Positions 13,126 through 26,073 of a stretch of DNA of 64,000 nucleotides are shown here, one piece after another. The stretch is from Utricularia gibba (lineage: Eukaryota; Plantae; Magnoliophyta), in NCBI GenBank assembly GCA_002189035.1, contig NEEC01000004.1, positions 5,456,001 to 5,520,000 on the forward strand, given 5' to 3'. Made by a program: the position numbers and the translations under genes. Below the pieces are notes generated by a model, which saw nothing but the letters and a program-made list of their open reading frames with translations, was not told the DNA's origin and searched no databases. Position 1 is the stretch's first letter, and each line of letters starts with the position of its first letter.

Positions 13126-13938
13126 CTATAAACGGAAATTCCGACATTTTATGATTTGACCATTTCATCCCTCACGTTGTCCGCAGCAAGCTTCTTGCCC
13201 CCTCACAACGACTAGGGACTTTGGTGTAATTTTTCAGACTTTTTGAGGTTAAAAGAGGAAGCTCTAGGTCTCCATAAACAAGAGTGACTGGCTGCCCGCC
13301 GCCCCTCCGCTGACGTACTCACGGCACTAATTATTTGTATTTATTCTAATTTTTTAAAAATAATCGTATTGGGCCTCCGCCCCCGATAGCCCCAAAAGCC
13401 AAGATTAAGACCCAACAAAAACTCTGGTTCCCGGAGCTCAGTGAGGGCAAACCCGGGGAGGGTTGACCGGCGACGAAGATGACAGCGTAGTTTTGCAAAT
13501 TCTTCTTGGGATTGTACACGGTGAGACCGTTTATCAGCTTATTTTGCTACGTTTTTCGTATTACTTGTAGATTCTGTTTGGAGCACTGCCTTTTTCTTCG
13601 AGCTTAGTTACGTTTTCCATCGGATCGCGTTCGGTCTGCTGGGTGCTTGATTTGGCATTGTTCTTGGTTTTGGTCTTAGATGCATTGTCCGGTCTTCCAT
13701 TTTCTGTTGGTTAATTTGCTGTTTCGATTTAGGGTTTACATCTGTTGGTATTTTATTGTTAATAGAATATATTGAATGGAGCTCTAAATTTGGAGTTGAA
13801 TGAACTTAATTGAGCTTTAGAGGATAATGCTTTCATTTTCCATGAGTCAGTATACCTCGCATCCAGAATTTTTACTGGATTTTCTAATGTGTTTCAAGGT
13901 TTTTTGATGCCTCATCGTTTCTGTTGAAGATATTTATC

Positions 13939-15742
13939 ATGTCTGCAAACAATAACCTGCAAAAGAGTATTGGCGGTGCATCTCCTTTTGGAAATTCTTT
14001 CTCTGCAAATCCAGCTGCTCAGCAACAATTGGGATCCGGTTTCCCTGCCCAGTTTCAGCTGTCTCCTTCACAAGTACAAGCTCTAGCTCAAGCCCAAGCC
14101 AGCCAAGCTCAGTCGAAAGTGCAGGCTCAGGCACAGGCACAGGCACATGCTCAGGCTCAAGCGCAATTTCAAGCCCAATTGCAGGCTCAGGGGCTATCCT
14201 TTAATCATATGCATGCTGGTGGTGTACCAAATTTTGGCTCACCATCACACTCGATTCCAGGGGCAGGAAACTTAGCTCTGAAAAGGTTTCCACAAAAACC
14301 TCCAGTTCGCCACCCCAGCTATGTCCCTTTCAACACCCCTTCTCCTCTGAGGGCAAACATCATTGCAGATCCTGCTCAGAAAAAGAAGCAAAAACTTAAT
14401 GAGAAAAATTTGCAAGAGAGAGTTGCAGCTATTTTACCCGAGTCTGCTCTCTACACTCAACTCCTTGAGTTTGAATCCCGTGTGGATGCAGCTTTGACAA
14501 GGAAGAAGATTGATATTCAAGATGCTTTGAAGAGCCCAACCTACATTCAGAGATATCTTCGTATTTATGTGTTTAATACCTTTTCGAATCAGTTGCGCAC
14601 AGCTCCAAAGAAACCAAATGCAGAGCCACCAACTTGGACTCTGAAAATTGTTGGCAGAATTCTGGAGGACCCCGATTCAGATCAGGCTACCGTGACTCAG
14701 AAACCAAGTGCGGTTTACCCCAAGTTCTCTACCTTTTTTAAGAGAGTTCATATCACCTTGGACCAGAAAATGTATCCTGATAACCATTTGATTGTGTGGG
14801 ACAGTTCTCGAGCACCTGCTCCTCATGAAGGCTTCGAGGTTAAAAGGAAAGGGGATCAAGAATTCACAGCATCCATAAGACTAGAAATGAATTATATGCC
14901 TGACAAGTTTAAACTATCCCCCGCTTTGACGGATCTATTGGGTATTGAGATTGATACTCGTGCCAGAATCGTGGCTGCAGTGTGGCATTATGTGAGGGCT
15001 CGGAAATTGCAGTGTCCGGATGATCCATCTGCTTTTATTTGTGATTTGGCTCTTCAGAAAGTGTTCAACGAGACCAGAATCAAGTTTACTGCAGTCACTC
15101 AAAAAATTGCACAACATCTCTCTGCCCCTCACCCCATACATTTAGAGCATCGGGTCAAACTTTCAGGAAATAGTCCTGTTGGAAATGCATGTTATGATGT
15201 CTTGGTGGATATACCCTTTCCTGTACAGAGAGAGTTGAGTGCCTTGTTGGTACATACTGAAAAAACAAAGGAGATTGAGGCATGTGATGAAGCAATCTGT
15301 GCTGCTATTAGAAAGATCCACGAGCACCGCAGGAGAAGGGCATTCTTCTTGGGATTTAGTCAGTCACCCGTTGAATTCATAAATGCTCTGATAGATTCTC
15401 AGAACAAGGATTTGAAGCTTGTTTCAGGGGAAGCTAGTCGAAATGCAGAAAAAGAGCGTCATTCTGACTTCTACAACCAACCATGGTATGATTTGTGGCC
15501 ATTTGTAAAAAATGACTACCTGTTATTTTGTGAAGTGGTTAGAATTTCTGGCTTGCAGTTACGTTTCCAGCGTTATGAGGTTTCGTATCTCCTTCTGTGC
15601 TACCATTTCAATGCCATTTTTTTTCATTACTGCGAATGATTGGTATCGGCGTTGAAACATGTCGCTGATTTGCAGGGTTGAAGATGCTGTTATTCGCTAC
15701 CTAAACAGAAAGTCTGCTACTGATGGCCCGGCGGGAATCTAA
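13939..15742 (+). CDS. SWP73: SWI/SNF complex subunit SWP73/BAF60 (SWIB domain), 2 coding exons
   Basis: Gln-Ala-rich N-terminus, [31 protein letters not shown] domain; intron after QPW, last exon [12 protein letters not shown]...GI*. Confidence 0.93.
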
Positions 15743-16230
15743 ACCACAAGGATAATTCTACCTCCAAGGTGCCCTTTTTAGTATTATTTTTGGCATGGTG
15801 ATCGTGCCCCGATGAATCTTCTTTTAGGTTTGCTTACACATGGCGACAGAAAGACTTGGCTCAGAGATGCCTGCGTGAAAAATATAACCTTGGTACAGCA
15901 ATAGAAATGGTGCCCCTATGCTGCTCTTCCCTGACATAGAGCATATGTTCCTATCCATTTTTCTACTTGAAGCGCCATCAGTCAGTGTGCATTATGGGTT
16001 TGTAGTAAGTCGGAGCTGTATAAGGTTCATCATGAACTGCTTTTTTAGGAAGCTCCAAAGGTGTTATTCTTGTAGTATATAGACTTTCTTTCTCGGTTTC
16101 CGTGGATGCGTGTATTAACCTCGACACTGACCTAGGCAGGCATTGTGACCATCTCTCAACACCTTAACCAAACTTGCTGTTATTTGTTCCTTTCTTTTTG
16201 GAGCAACGTATTACATACTCACCCTTGCTG

Positions 16231-17355
16231 CTACATGTTGGATTGATCACCTGGTTGTGAATCCAATTTATGCATACGGGCAGTATTTCTGCCTTTCTGA
16301 ACAGCACGGGGGACGAATTCGAGACCCTGACCTCGGCGACGCCCAAAACTGATACATGAAGGAGAATCTGAAGTGCTTAATCTCGAGACTGCTGAAATGA
16401 GCTCATCCACGTTCTCCTTCTCCACCTGCATCGCATTGTGTTCTTCCTCTGCTGTGCTGGAGCGCTCTTGTCTCCGCTTCATTTTCTGCCGTTGCTTCTT
16501 GGACAGGTTCGCCTTCTTGAAGAACTCAAATGAACCAGGAAACTTGTGCTTGTCCACCAGGTGCTGCTGCCGGCTCTTGTAGCTCATCATCTTTGCCCCA
16601 CACCCTTCAACAAGGCACTCGTACTACACGAAAACAGGGCCAGAGAATGCAATAGCTGAGTGATGGACTTCATTTTTCACACAAACACGAGCTTCCCACA
16701 AAATCAACCGCCATCGAGCGTCTTACCATTGCAAAGCCTCGGGCAACCTTTGCTTGAAAGAAAGAGTCATGAGCTTCAGACACATGGATGCTGAGCAATC
16801 GTGCGGTCGGATACACTCGTGCGCAGACTGAGCAAGATGCCATGTGCCTTGCATTGTAGTGATCTTCAAAGTCTTCCAAAGATTTCAGGATTGCACGGCA
16901 ACCAGCAATTGGGCAAAGAAACGTGCTGTGAGAGGAAGAACAAAAACGCTGCAATGGGAGTCATATCCAGAAAATTAAAACCCAGAACGAAATAAAACGA
17001 AATACATACCAAGAACCCCAATCGTCAAAATCACGTACTTGCTGCTTTTCTTCTTCAGTTAAAGTCACTGCAACCTAGACGCGAATGAAATTTGAAGTTG
17101 GGTAACTACTGGAATTCATAAACCCTAAAAGACGTCAAACTCCTTCCATAAAAAAAGATGAATTACTTGAGCAACCGAACGAAATGAAGGCCGCAGCATT
17201 ATCACGGGAACGAAATTCATTACCTGCTTTGCGAGGATCTCTCTCTCTACGTTTCCGGCGGCGAAGAAAGGATCATCCACTGCGAGACGACGGCGTACGG
17301 CCTTCCAAACAGTAAACTCGAAGCCAACTCCACTGCCTTCCACTTCCACGGCCAT
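16231..17355 (-). CDS. ZNF511-like C2H2 zinc-finger protein, 4 exons
   Basis: DPFFAAGNVERE N-terminus; fingers CPIAGC..H, CSVC..H, YECLVEGC..HLVDKHKFP; spliced in frame. Confidence 0.85.
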
Positions 17356-17531
17356 AGATCCAATATTTTGAAATTTGGGGCTCTCTCGCTCTATTTACAA
17401 AGAAGTATGATTTAAAAAAAAAAACATAAAAAATTGTAAAAATCTATGGGATTTTTTTAAAAAAAATACTTAAATCAAAATTTGTGTATTCCTTGTTTCC
17501 TCCGTACATACACTCTACAGATCTTGTGTCT

Positions 17532-20258
17532 TCACAGAGACCTCACTGCGTGCTTTGATCTGGCTGTTTCCCTCAAGACAGCACCTACAATGGCTGCTTG
17601 CTGAAGACACTCAGCTTTGTGAAGGGCATCCAGAAGAACAACACAAGTTTTGGTATAGATATTACATCCCTTCAGCCTTGTTTCCTCGAATAACTGATAT
17701 GCTTCCTGTGGTCTGTTGGCAATGCTGAACCCTTCTATCATGGTGTTATAGCAGGCGGAATCAGGCTTACCTCCATTCTTCTTGAACCTCTCGAAGAGTT
17801 TATCCGCCTCGGATACATTCCCGGCCTTGGCGAGCCCTGATATCATGGTGAGATAAGTGATCACATTGGGTTTCAGCCCTTGTTTCTGCATGTCTTGCCA
17901 GAATACAAAGGCTTTATTGAAATTTTGGACACAACATAAGCCATTTATGATGATGCTGTAGGATACAATGTTTGGGCTACAGTTCAGTTCCTTCATGGAG
18001 TTCCAACAGACAAGGGCCTCCTCTATTTCCCCTGATTTCACTAGTGCGTCAAGCAAGCAGTTCCATGTTTGAATGGTGGGGGTTATGTTCCTCTGCATCA
18101 TCTCCTCTATGATGAGATATGCTTCGTCAATTCTACCCACCTTCCCGAAACCATCCACGAGACTGCTGTAAACAACAACATTCACCTCAATACCAATTGA
18201 TTTTGCTTCTTCAAAGAGCATATAGGCTTCATCCAGCCGGTCAATCTTTGCAAGTCCATCAATGACTGAACCGTATGTAACTACAGTTGGTTGGAGACCT
18301 TTAGCTCTCATTTCCTCTAGAAGCTGATATGCTTTGTTCACTTTCCCTGATTTGCAGAATCCATCTATCACAGTGTTATAAGCAAGAGTATCTAGAACAC
18401 ATCCCTGTTCCTTCATTGCGTAGTATATTTCATTGGTTTCACGAGCAAAACCAGCTTTTATGAGACCATGAATGAAAATTGAATAGCTCCTTGTATCTGG
18501 GGTGAATCGAGTTTTAATCTCATCGAACAGAAGTCTAGCCTTTTCTACTTCCCCAGCCCTGAAGAGACAATCCATGTATGTGTTGAGGAGTGTCAGATCT
18601 GGCGACACACCTCTCCGGATCATTTCTTTGTAAATCTTCTGTCCATCCTCCTTTCTGCCAACCTTGAAAAAATGTCTTATTAGTGATGTATAGGCAACTG
18701 CATCTGGTTTATCCTTGGAATCCAACATCAACTCATACAATCTATAGGCATCATCTACTCTCCCATTCCGACCCAAGCCATCTATCAATGAACAGAATGT
18801 ATATCTATCTGGAGTACAAACTTTATGATCCAGTCCCTTGAAAATGGACAGAGCATCATCAAGCTTGTTTGCTTTACACAAACGGTCTATCATGATATTA
18901 AGAGTCATTATGCTAGGAACCAAGCCGATCGATTTCATGTCATTTTGTATCCTCAATGCTGCATCAATTTTCCCAGCTCTACAAAGCATATCCTCAAGAA
19001 TATTATATGTAGAAAGGTTAGGCATAGCATCTTTTTTCATGTCATCAAATACCTTCAAGGCCTCATCTATTTTCCCTTTCTTACCAAGGCAACTCAGAAG
19101 ACTATTATAGGCAATTACACAAGGGACAGAACCCTTTACCCGTTGCCTATCCAAAAGGCTACATGCTTCATCAAACCGTCCAGCAAGTCCATAGCCCATG
19201 ATCATGGTGTTATAGGCATAAGCACATGGAACCGCCCTATTTGACTCCATCTCCTCAAATAACTTAATAGCTTCATCCATTCTACCTGACCTGCAAAGAA
19301 CTCCAATCATGCTTGTATACGATACATCATCAGGTGTGAGACCATGGGCTTTCACCTCATGAAAGAACTTCCAAGCCATATCCACTTTACCAACCTTGCC
19401 GAAACAGTCAATACACACATTATAGAGAACAATATCTGTCTCAATGGAATGGCTCTTCACATCATCTAACAAAGAAAGAGCAGCATCAAGACGGCCCTCA
19501 CGTGCAAATGTGCGAATGACTGTTGTGAACAGGTGCACATTAACCTCATACCCCAACTCTTGCATCTGATGAAAGAGGGAAAGCATGAGATCAGCATATT
19601 CAGGTTTATGGTCATTAGCCAATGCACCTATCAGAGTTGTATAAGCTGAAAATGCAGGGCGCAGCTTGAGTTTTCTCATAGTTTGAATAAGATTAAAGGC
19701 CTCTCTCAATCTTCGCAACTTTACACAACAGGAAACCATTTCCACACACGTATCATTAGAAGGGCCATATGCTGCTAGACTCATTTCCTCCATAAGATGG
19801 CCTAATTGGTCAAATTTCATGCATCTGGTCATCAACAAGAGGAGTGAGTCATATGCTCCCGGAAAATTCACTTTATTTGTCACCTTCTCAACCCATCTAA
19901 AATAGTTAAGAGCTATATCAGCATCCTTCAATCTTCGTATAACCCCAATAACCACACTGGCCTGAGGCTTAGCATCATATGAAGATAGAGCTTCTTCTAT
20001 TGAAGGACCCCAAGGAGCGCTCTCTAATATCATACACATATTCTCAGCAACTTGCTTAAACACTTCATTTTTTCTTGGCCTTAAACCATCTCCAGCATCA
20101 ACGGGATGAACTGGTTCTCCTCCCTTACTTAAATCCTTACCATTTTCAATATTTGTATTCGCGTCAGATTGCAAATCATTGGAAAAGAAATATCCCTGGC
20201 AGAAATTGCAGAGAACACGGTTTCTGAAATCAAAAGAATTGAACCCTGAACAAGACAT
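17532..20258 (-). CDS. P-class pentatricopeptide repeat protein (At3g06920-like)
   Basis: 908-aa uninterrupted ORF of tandem 35-aa PPR motifs. A true N-terminal exon further upstream is possible. Confidence 0.93.
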   Translation of the reverse strand: MSCSGFNSFDFRNRVLCNFCQGYFFSNDLQSDANTNIENGKDLSKGGEPVHPVDAGDGLRPRKNEVFKQVAENMCMILESAPWGPSIEEALSSYDAKPQASVVIGVIRRLKDADIALNYFRWVEKVTNKVNFPGAYDSLLLLMTRCMKFDQLGHLMEEMSLAAYGPSNDTCVEMVSCCVKLRRLREAFNLIQTMRKLKLRPAFSAYTTLIGALANDHKPEYADLMLSLFHQMQELGYEVNVHLFTTVIRTFAREGRLDAALSLLDDVKSHSIETDIVLYNVCIDCFGKVGKVDMAWKFFHEVKAHGLTPDDVSYTSMIGVLCRSGRMDEAIKLFEEMESNRAVPCAYAYNTMIMGYGLAGRFDEACSLLDRQRVKGSVPCVIAYNSLLSCLGKKGKIDEALKVFDDMKKDAMPNLSTYNILEDMLCRAGKIDAALRIQNDMKSIGLVPSIMTLNIMIDRLCKANKLDDALSIFKGLDHKVCTPDRYTFCSLIDGLGRNGRVDDAYRLYELMLDSKDKPDAVAYTSLIRHFFKVGRKEDGQKIYKEMIRRGVSPDLTLLNTYMDCLFRAGEVEKARLLFDEIKTRFTPDTRSYSIFIHGLIKAGFARETNEIYYAMKEQGCVLDTLAYNTVIDGFCKSGKVNKAYQLLEEMRAKGLQPTVVTYGSVIDGLAKIDRLDEAYMLFEEAKSIGIEVNVVVYSSLVDGFGKVGRIDEAYLIIEEMMQRNITPTIQTWNCLLDALVKSGEIEEALVCWNSMKELNCSPNIVSYSIIINGLCCVQNFNKAFVFWQDMQKQGLKPNVITYLTMISGLAKAGNVSEADKLFERFKKNGGKPDSACYNTMIEGFSIANRPQEAYQLFEETRLKGCNIYTKTCVVLLDALHKAECLQQAAIVGAVLRETARSKHAVRSL

Positions 20259-21518
20259 GGAAGTAGAAACATAATATGAGAAACAGTCTTATGGAAACAA
20301 TCCAGTTCACCAAAAACGCAGGAAGTCATAAGTGAAAAGACTCAACTGATACTATTACTAATTACCTCGATATAAAACCAGAAACCGCATTACCAAGGGG
20401 TTTCTCTAGAGTGGGTCGACGAAAGTTACGATTTTTCTGCACTTCTGTAGCTCTGCTCTGGACAAATATAAATATGGCGTTTTGGGGGTGGACGTAGAAA
20501 TCCCGGATGTGAGGGGAGCTGATTCACAAAGAATAAAAGCTTTAGAGCTGATTCCAATGATGGGCAATTAGGTTCACGAAAAGAGCACAGCTTCATTGAC
20601 ATGGAGCTCAATTGGGTTCATAAAAATTCACACGTTAAGGTTTTCATAGACAACATAAAAAACCAACCGTAAACAGCAATGTGCTGAAAAAAAAATACCA
20701 TTTTTATTCGGGATAAACCCTAATTCCAACCAGCAAAAAACCAAAGCGCACTCACCCCACTTAACCAATAGCCAGCCACCTGTTGGTAAAGCAAGCACAG
20801 AAGCCAGCATCATCTGCATCCCTGTGAAGATGTAATCAATCTCTTAACGCCATTTTTGTCGTGAAAATCAAGGCAGTGAGATGTTTACGGCCCACTGGCT
20901 AGGCCCAATAAGGTTAGTTAGGCCTGGAAACGCACAAGCCCACTAAACCAAAAGAAACACCTCAAACTATGTATGCACGTGCGCGTCCTGAACACCTAAA
21001 GAAGCTCACCTCATACTTCTACTTTAGTCATCGGTTTCCATATTTAAAAGACAAGAGATTGATCCCTCAAGGGATTAAAATAATAAGGGATTAATTATAC
21101 ATAATTCAGGCCCCGCCTGAAAGTTCCTTCACGTATAACCGTAAACGTGACGCTGTTGACCGGTTGAAAAATTGAGCTCCGCACTCCACGTTACGAGATT
21201 TCAGTTGAGTTGAAGAAAGAGGAGCTCCGAGCTCGAGCTAGGGGAACTGCCGCGAATTTTAATGACCTCTTCAGGGAGAAGGTAGATAGCAGAAGAGAGG
21301 GAGGAGAACTTGGGTCATTTCTCATCTTTGCTCCTCACGATACCTTGCTCTTTCGTCACTTCGCCCGGCGGCTGCAAGCGTTAGAATTTTCTCCATTTTT
21401 CCATCCTTTTTTTTCTTAGTTTCTTCCTGCTTCCGGGTGGAGAACGGGACCGACTTCTGATTGATTTCTCCAGACCCAGGATTCTCCTCACTCCGATTTG
21501 ATTTTTTTTTTTTTTAAG

Positions 21519-24500
21519 ATGAAATCGCCGCTCCGGAAACTGAAAAAATTCGCGCTGCACAAGTCTGACCCGGAGGAGAACAGCCTCCAGTTTTTTTCCG
21601 CCCACATCGATGGACTAAATAAGGCTGCCAAGGTGCCGGAACCTCTACGATTCTGTTTCATCTTATCCAGCGGATGTCTTTGTGTGCATCGGTTGACATA
21701 TTGTATGAAATGCATTGGCTTCGAACTCAATGTTGACGCTTCTTTCACGTATTTTGTGCTAATTGCCACAAGTCTAGGAGACTGTGCTTGCATTTTTACT
21801 GGTTTTGGGCACTTTCGCGGAGAGAAGACGCTAGATCTAATCCTTCAAGTCTATGACGTACATAAAAATTGAATTTTGAGAAATGAGCTACCGTTTTGGG
21901 ATATCTGTGCGTAATCTGGAGCATGAGCTTGAGATGTGTCACATGTTTTACGTGTAGTATAGTAATCTGTGTTCACTGTAGCTTTATTGGCTATCAAACC
22001 TGGGCAAGTTCCGACTTCTCTTCTACCGTTTGGATGTGTTTTTCGGGGTTGGCTTTGGAAAGTAGTTATGATGCACGGTAAACATACTCCTTAGTGGAGT
22101 CACCTGACCAATTAAAAAAAGAAACTTTGAATTGTTGTAGCCGCTGCAGTCATTTTTTCCTTCTTTTTTGCTTGTTTCTGCTGTTTATATGGAAGATCTT
22201 GGTGTAGTTGGTCATCTTACTGTATTTATCTCGGTCCATTGTTGTCTGTTTCTCTTACATGAAAACTGACAGCTACTTTATCTTTCCAGGATGTTGAAAA
22301 CATGAAAATATGCTATGATGGTTTGCTTGCGGCAGCAGCCGCTACAGCAAATAGTGCCTACGGTATTTATTTATCTTGCTCTGTGAAGATATAATTCTGA
22401 ATATGACGTAGGTTTAACAGAAATGCAAGTTTGAGGAAACTGCCGTGGCCATCAATAATTTCTGAAAAGAGTGCTTTAAGATAAAGATTTCCGTGTGGTG
22501 AAAAATGATTGATTTTTGTTTCTAAAATTTAGTTAATGACTCTTTGGTGACGATTTTTTTTTCCCCAAGATAGTCATATCGAATTTGATTTTTTCCATTC
22601 AGAGTTTTCACAATCATTGCAAGATATGGGAAATTCTCTGCTGGAGAAAACTGTGATGCATGACGATGGGAGGCTGGTTAGCGAATACTTATTTACTCTG
22701 AATCCTTGTTCTTTTGGTTGTTTTTTGACTGAAAACTGAGTGATCTTACAACTATGTTCCATTAATGCGCTAGTACCATGCCTTAAATGTTCCAATGTAA
22801 CCATCATTTTTTGATGGCCTGTATGCTGTAAGGCTGTTTTTCATATTTCAAATTGAGTTGTGTTATGATCCAGGACAAGCATTAAAGCAGCTGGGGAGAG
22901 TGCAGCTTGCACTTCCAAAACTTTTTGATTGTTATGTCAGTATCTGTTGTCATTTCAAATTATGTGCCACACCATACATTAGGATGGTTTCATAACACTC
23001 CATTTTATATGTTCTAGAGGTCCCAGATTATCTCAACAGTAACAAATCCATCGGACTCCCTCCTAACTGAGCTACGTAAAGTCGAGGTTGAACAATGCTC
23101 ATTTCATAACCAATTTTGTGCTTCATGGATAATAATTTTCTTCTTATTGCTGCAGGAAATGATTTTGCAATGTGGTGAGAAAAGGTATGAAACGGTTTCC
23201 TTGGGTCCCTTTCTCCCTGGTTAATTCTTTATCCTAACAAATTCTATCTGTGAATCACGTTAATCAAAATCTAGGGATTTATTTGAACACATAGTAGGAC
23301 AGCTTCGAGAAAAAGGTAAGGCCAGATATGGGAAAGTTGATGCACTTACCTCTGACCAATTGAAGGCAGTCCGTGAGGAGTATGATGAGACAGCAAGGTT
23401 GTGCATTTTTCGTGTACAGTCATTGAAAAAAGGGCAATGTCGCAGCCTTCTAACTTTGGCAGCTCATCATCATGCTGCACAGGTCTCATTGATTTCCATG
23501 TTTGTATGGTGCCTTATGTGGCTGCCTGCCTTGATTTGCAATTAATGTCAATTTCTTAAAACAGTTAAACTTCTTCCGTAAGGGACTTCAGTCACTCGAT
23601 GCAGTAGATATACATATTAGGAGTGTTGCAGAGAGGCTTCATATAGATTATCAACTATCTGAATCACATTTCCGGGAGGAATGTGGCGATGGAGGATATA
23701 TTGTAGAAGCCTCTGGAGATGGAGAGTTGAGCTTTGATCATAGCATGAATGTGGAAGCGGAAGCTGAAGTGAGCAACTCTACAGTTTTATCATACATTGC
23801 AATCACTATAAGTTATCCTGTTTGTATCCAATTTTCAGGCATCAAGAGTAAGAAATGACGGACGGTTAAGCATGGGAAAATCCCAGGGGGAACCAATGTT
23901 GAGTCAACAGCACAAGGCAAGTAGCTATTCGGCTCCTCTGTGTTCAGAGAAATATGATCCTGGTGAAAGGCTGAGGGGATGCGGCAATCTCCACAAAAGT
24001 TTAATACACACGTGCTGCCTACTCCTGCTGATGCCAAGGGCTCTTCGGCCATTTCAACATCTCTTTCAAGCAACATGTTAGCAGGAGGAGGAGGAAGCTC
24101 CAAAAATTTATGGCATTCATCACCGCTGGACATTGACAAGCAGAAGAAATCCGTAGATGAGCCAATATCTTGGCGCAGTTTTCCTAAACCTCAAGTATCT
24201 AGTGAAGAGAACAACAGCAACAAACATCTGCTCCCATTACCCCTCCCACTGACAGAGGCAGCTTCCTCAATGCAGGTCGATTCTCTGAGTATATATGACG
24301 GTCATAAAAGTAAAAGGCCAGCTTTCTCTGATCCCTTGGCAAGCAAATCATTGTCCAGCAAGTCCTTTACAGGAGTGGGTGGACCTCAGGCACCTCCATC
24401 TCTAAGTATGCCACACAATTCCTCTTCTATTGCTTCTTCACTGAAGGTGAGTGAACTACATGAACTACCAAGACCCCCGGATTTTCTCAATGCAAAGCCA

Positions 24501-24982
24501 GTTCGTTCTGTTGGAGGTCAAAGACATTCTGCCCCCATATTCAACATGGATCGAGAGGTATCTCCTCCAAGTATAAATACTCTCGTACCATCAAATGAAG
24601 GCTGCCGCTACTTCTCCCTAAACTTACTGTTTCTCGGAGCTTCTCTACTCCCTCTTCTTTTGATAGAACTATATTTAGCTCCGGCAAGCTGTTTCAATCT
24701 TCCCAAGTTGTGCAGATGACAGAGGCGGCGGCTTCTTCAACTCCCCCGCTGACACATTTTCCCCCTTCAAACCTGAAGTCTGTGGAGTCTCCACAACACA
24801 TAGGAGGTACATAACTGAATCCTATCATATGAGACGTCTCCTTGTTGATTTTAAGTTCCTTTCCATCATCGAGAGCCTCATATGGTTTCTGTTCTGAATC
24901 TTTGACTGCGTTCTTTCTGATGCTTTTCTTCTTATTCTAAATGCAACGAGCCTGATATCCAGTAGATGCAGGTGGCAGCTGA
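21519..24982 (+). CDS. At2g33490-like protein (BAR-like N-terminus, Pro/Ser-rich C-terminus), multi-exon; two frameshifts in the long exon
   Basis: Exons give MKSPLRKLKKFALHK, MKICYDGLLAAAAATANSAY, EFSESF, EEYDETARLCIFRVQSLKKGQCRSLLTLAAHHHAAQ, YSAPL, FNTHVLPTP, ELHELPRPP, TVSRSFS and a C-terminal GGS*. Confidence 0.82.
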
Positions 24983-26073
24983 GCTCACTCCTGCAGGTTT
25001 GAAGTGGGGAAAAAATGTGCTGCAATTTTGGTTTCGGGAACTTATCAGGACACTAGAATTGTTCTTGGAACAGACAACGCTTGTAAATAATACTTATCCA
25101 CTGCGGTATCCTGCTCTTTGTCGGGGGACTAGTGATGTATGCGAAATCGTGCTTCCTCTGGCCGAGCTTACCAACTAATAATGGTTTTGTTAGGCACTCA
25201 CTATTTTTTCCCTTTTTTAATTTATTGGTTTTAATGCTGTATTTTAAGACAAATGGACGAGTGGACGGGTCCAATGCATAAAGCAAGCTCGTTTTCAGGC
25301 CCATGGCCCGAAACATGAGTTGGAGTTTTTTAAATGTTCTTTTCCTGGGCCGGTTTTCCACTCACGCTTTAGGCCGGGGGTCAGGCTCGGTCCGTGATAA
25401 CCTCATCTCTGGGCCTAAGGAAATGGGTCCGTGGCTTGTAAATAGAGGTCTGAAATTGGGCCTATGCCTAAATAAAAGCCCAATTTAAAGAACAGTTATA
25501 GGGCTGACAAATTTCCATAGAACCACCAAGATTTGTACGGGAGGTGTCCTGTCCTGCCTCTCGGCAGCAGCAGTTCGACGCAAATTCTCTTATCGTGAAA
25601 CTTACCGTATCCAGCAGCGTTCAGAACGCAAGATGATTTGATTCGTAAGTCAATGAAAAGCTTTCGTTCTCCATCCGCAACTCCCGAGATCATCTTTGCA
25701 GAATATCGGGAAATTGGCACATTTTGTAATGTTGTTACTGGAAATTTTCTGTTTTATGTTTATCCGGACGCAGTTTTTGTAGCCTGGGTTCGTGAAAGAT
25801 ATGATTTTTTAATTGAGCCATTTTTGTATCTGTCTTTCATTTAAGCTCTAGTTCCTATCTCGACCATGCTGAAATGTTGTTTCCCTCAATGGTTTTGTCG
25901 CTGTTTTTAGTTTCATTCTTGAGTCCTGCAATGAGCTTCTTTTCCTTTGATGATTGTTATTCCTTGATTTCGAATCTTTTTTTTAATTGATTTTGTCGTT
26001 GACATTATTTTGATGTGGATTTCTGTTTACATGAATCGCAGTCGATTCTATTAGAATCTTAGGTGGTCTTTTG

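Noticed and set aside
14060-14190. Gln-Ala repeat DNA in SWP73
   Set aside because: A coding low-complexity segment typical of plant SWP73 proteins.
25240-25490. GGCCC-rich stretch resembling a MITE upstream of MUG
   Set aside because: No terminal inverted repeats or TSD found; explained as site-II promoter elements.
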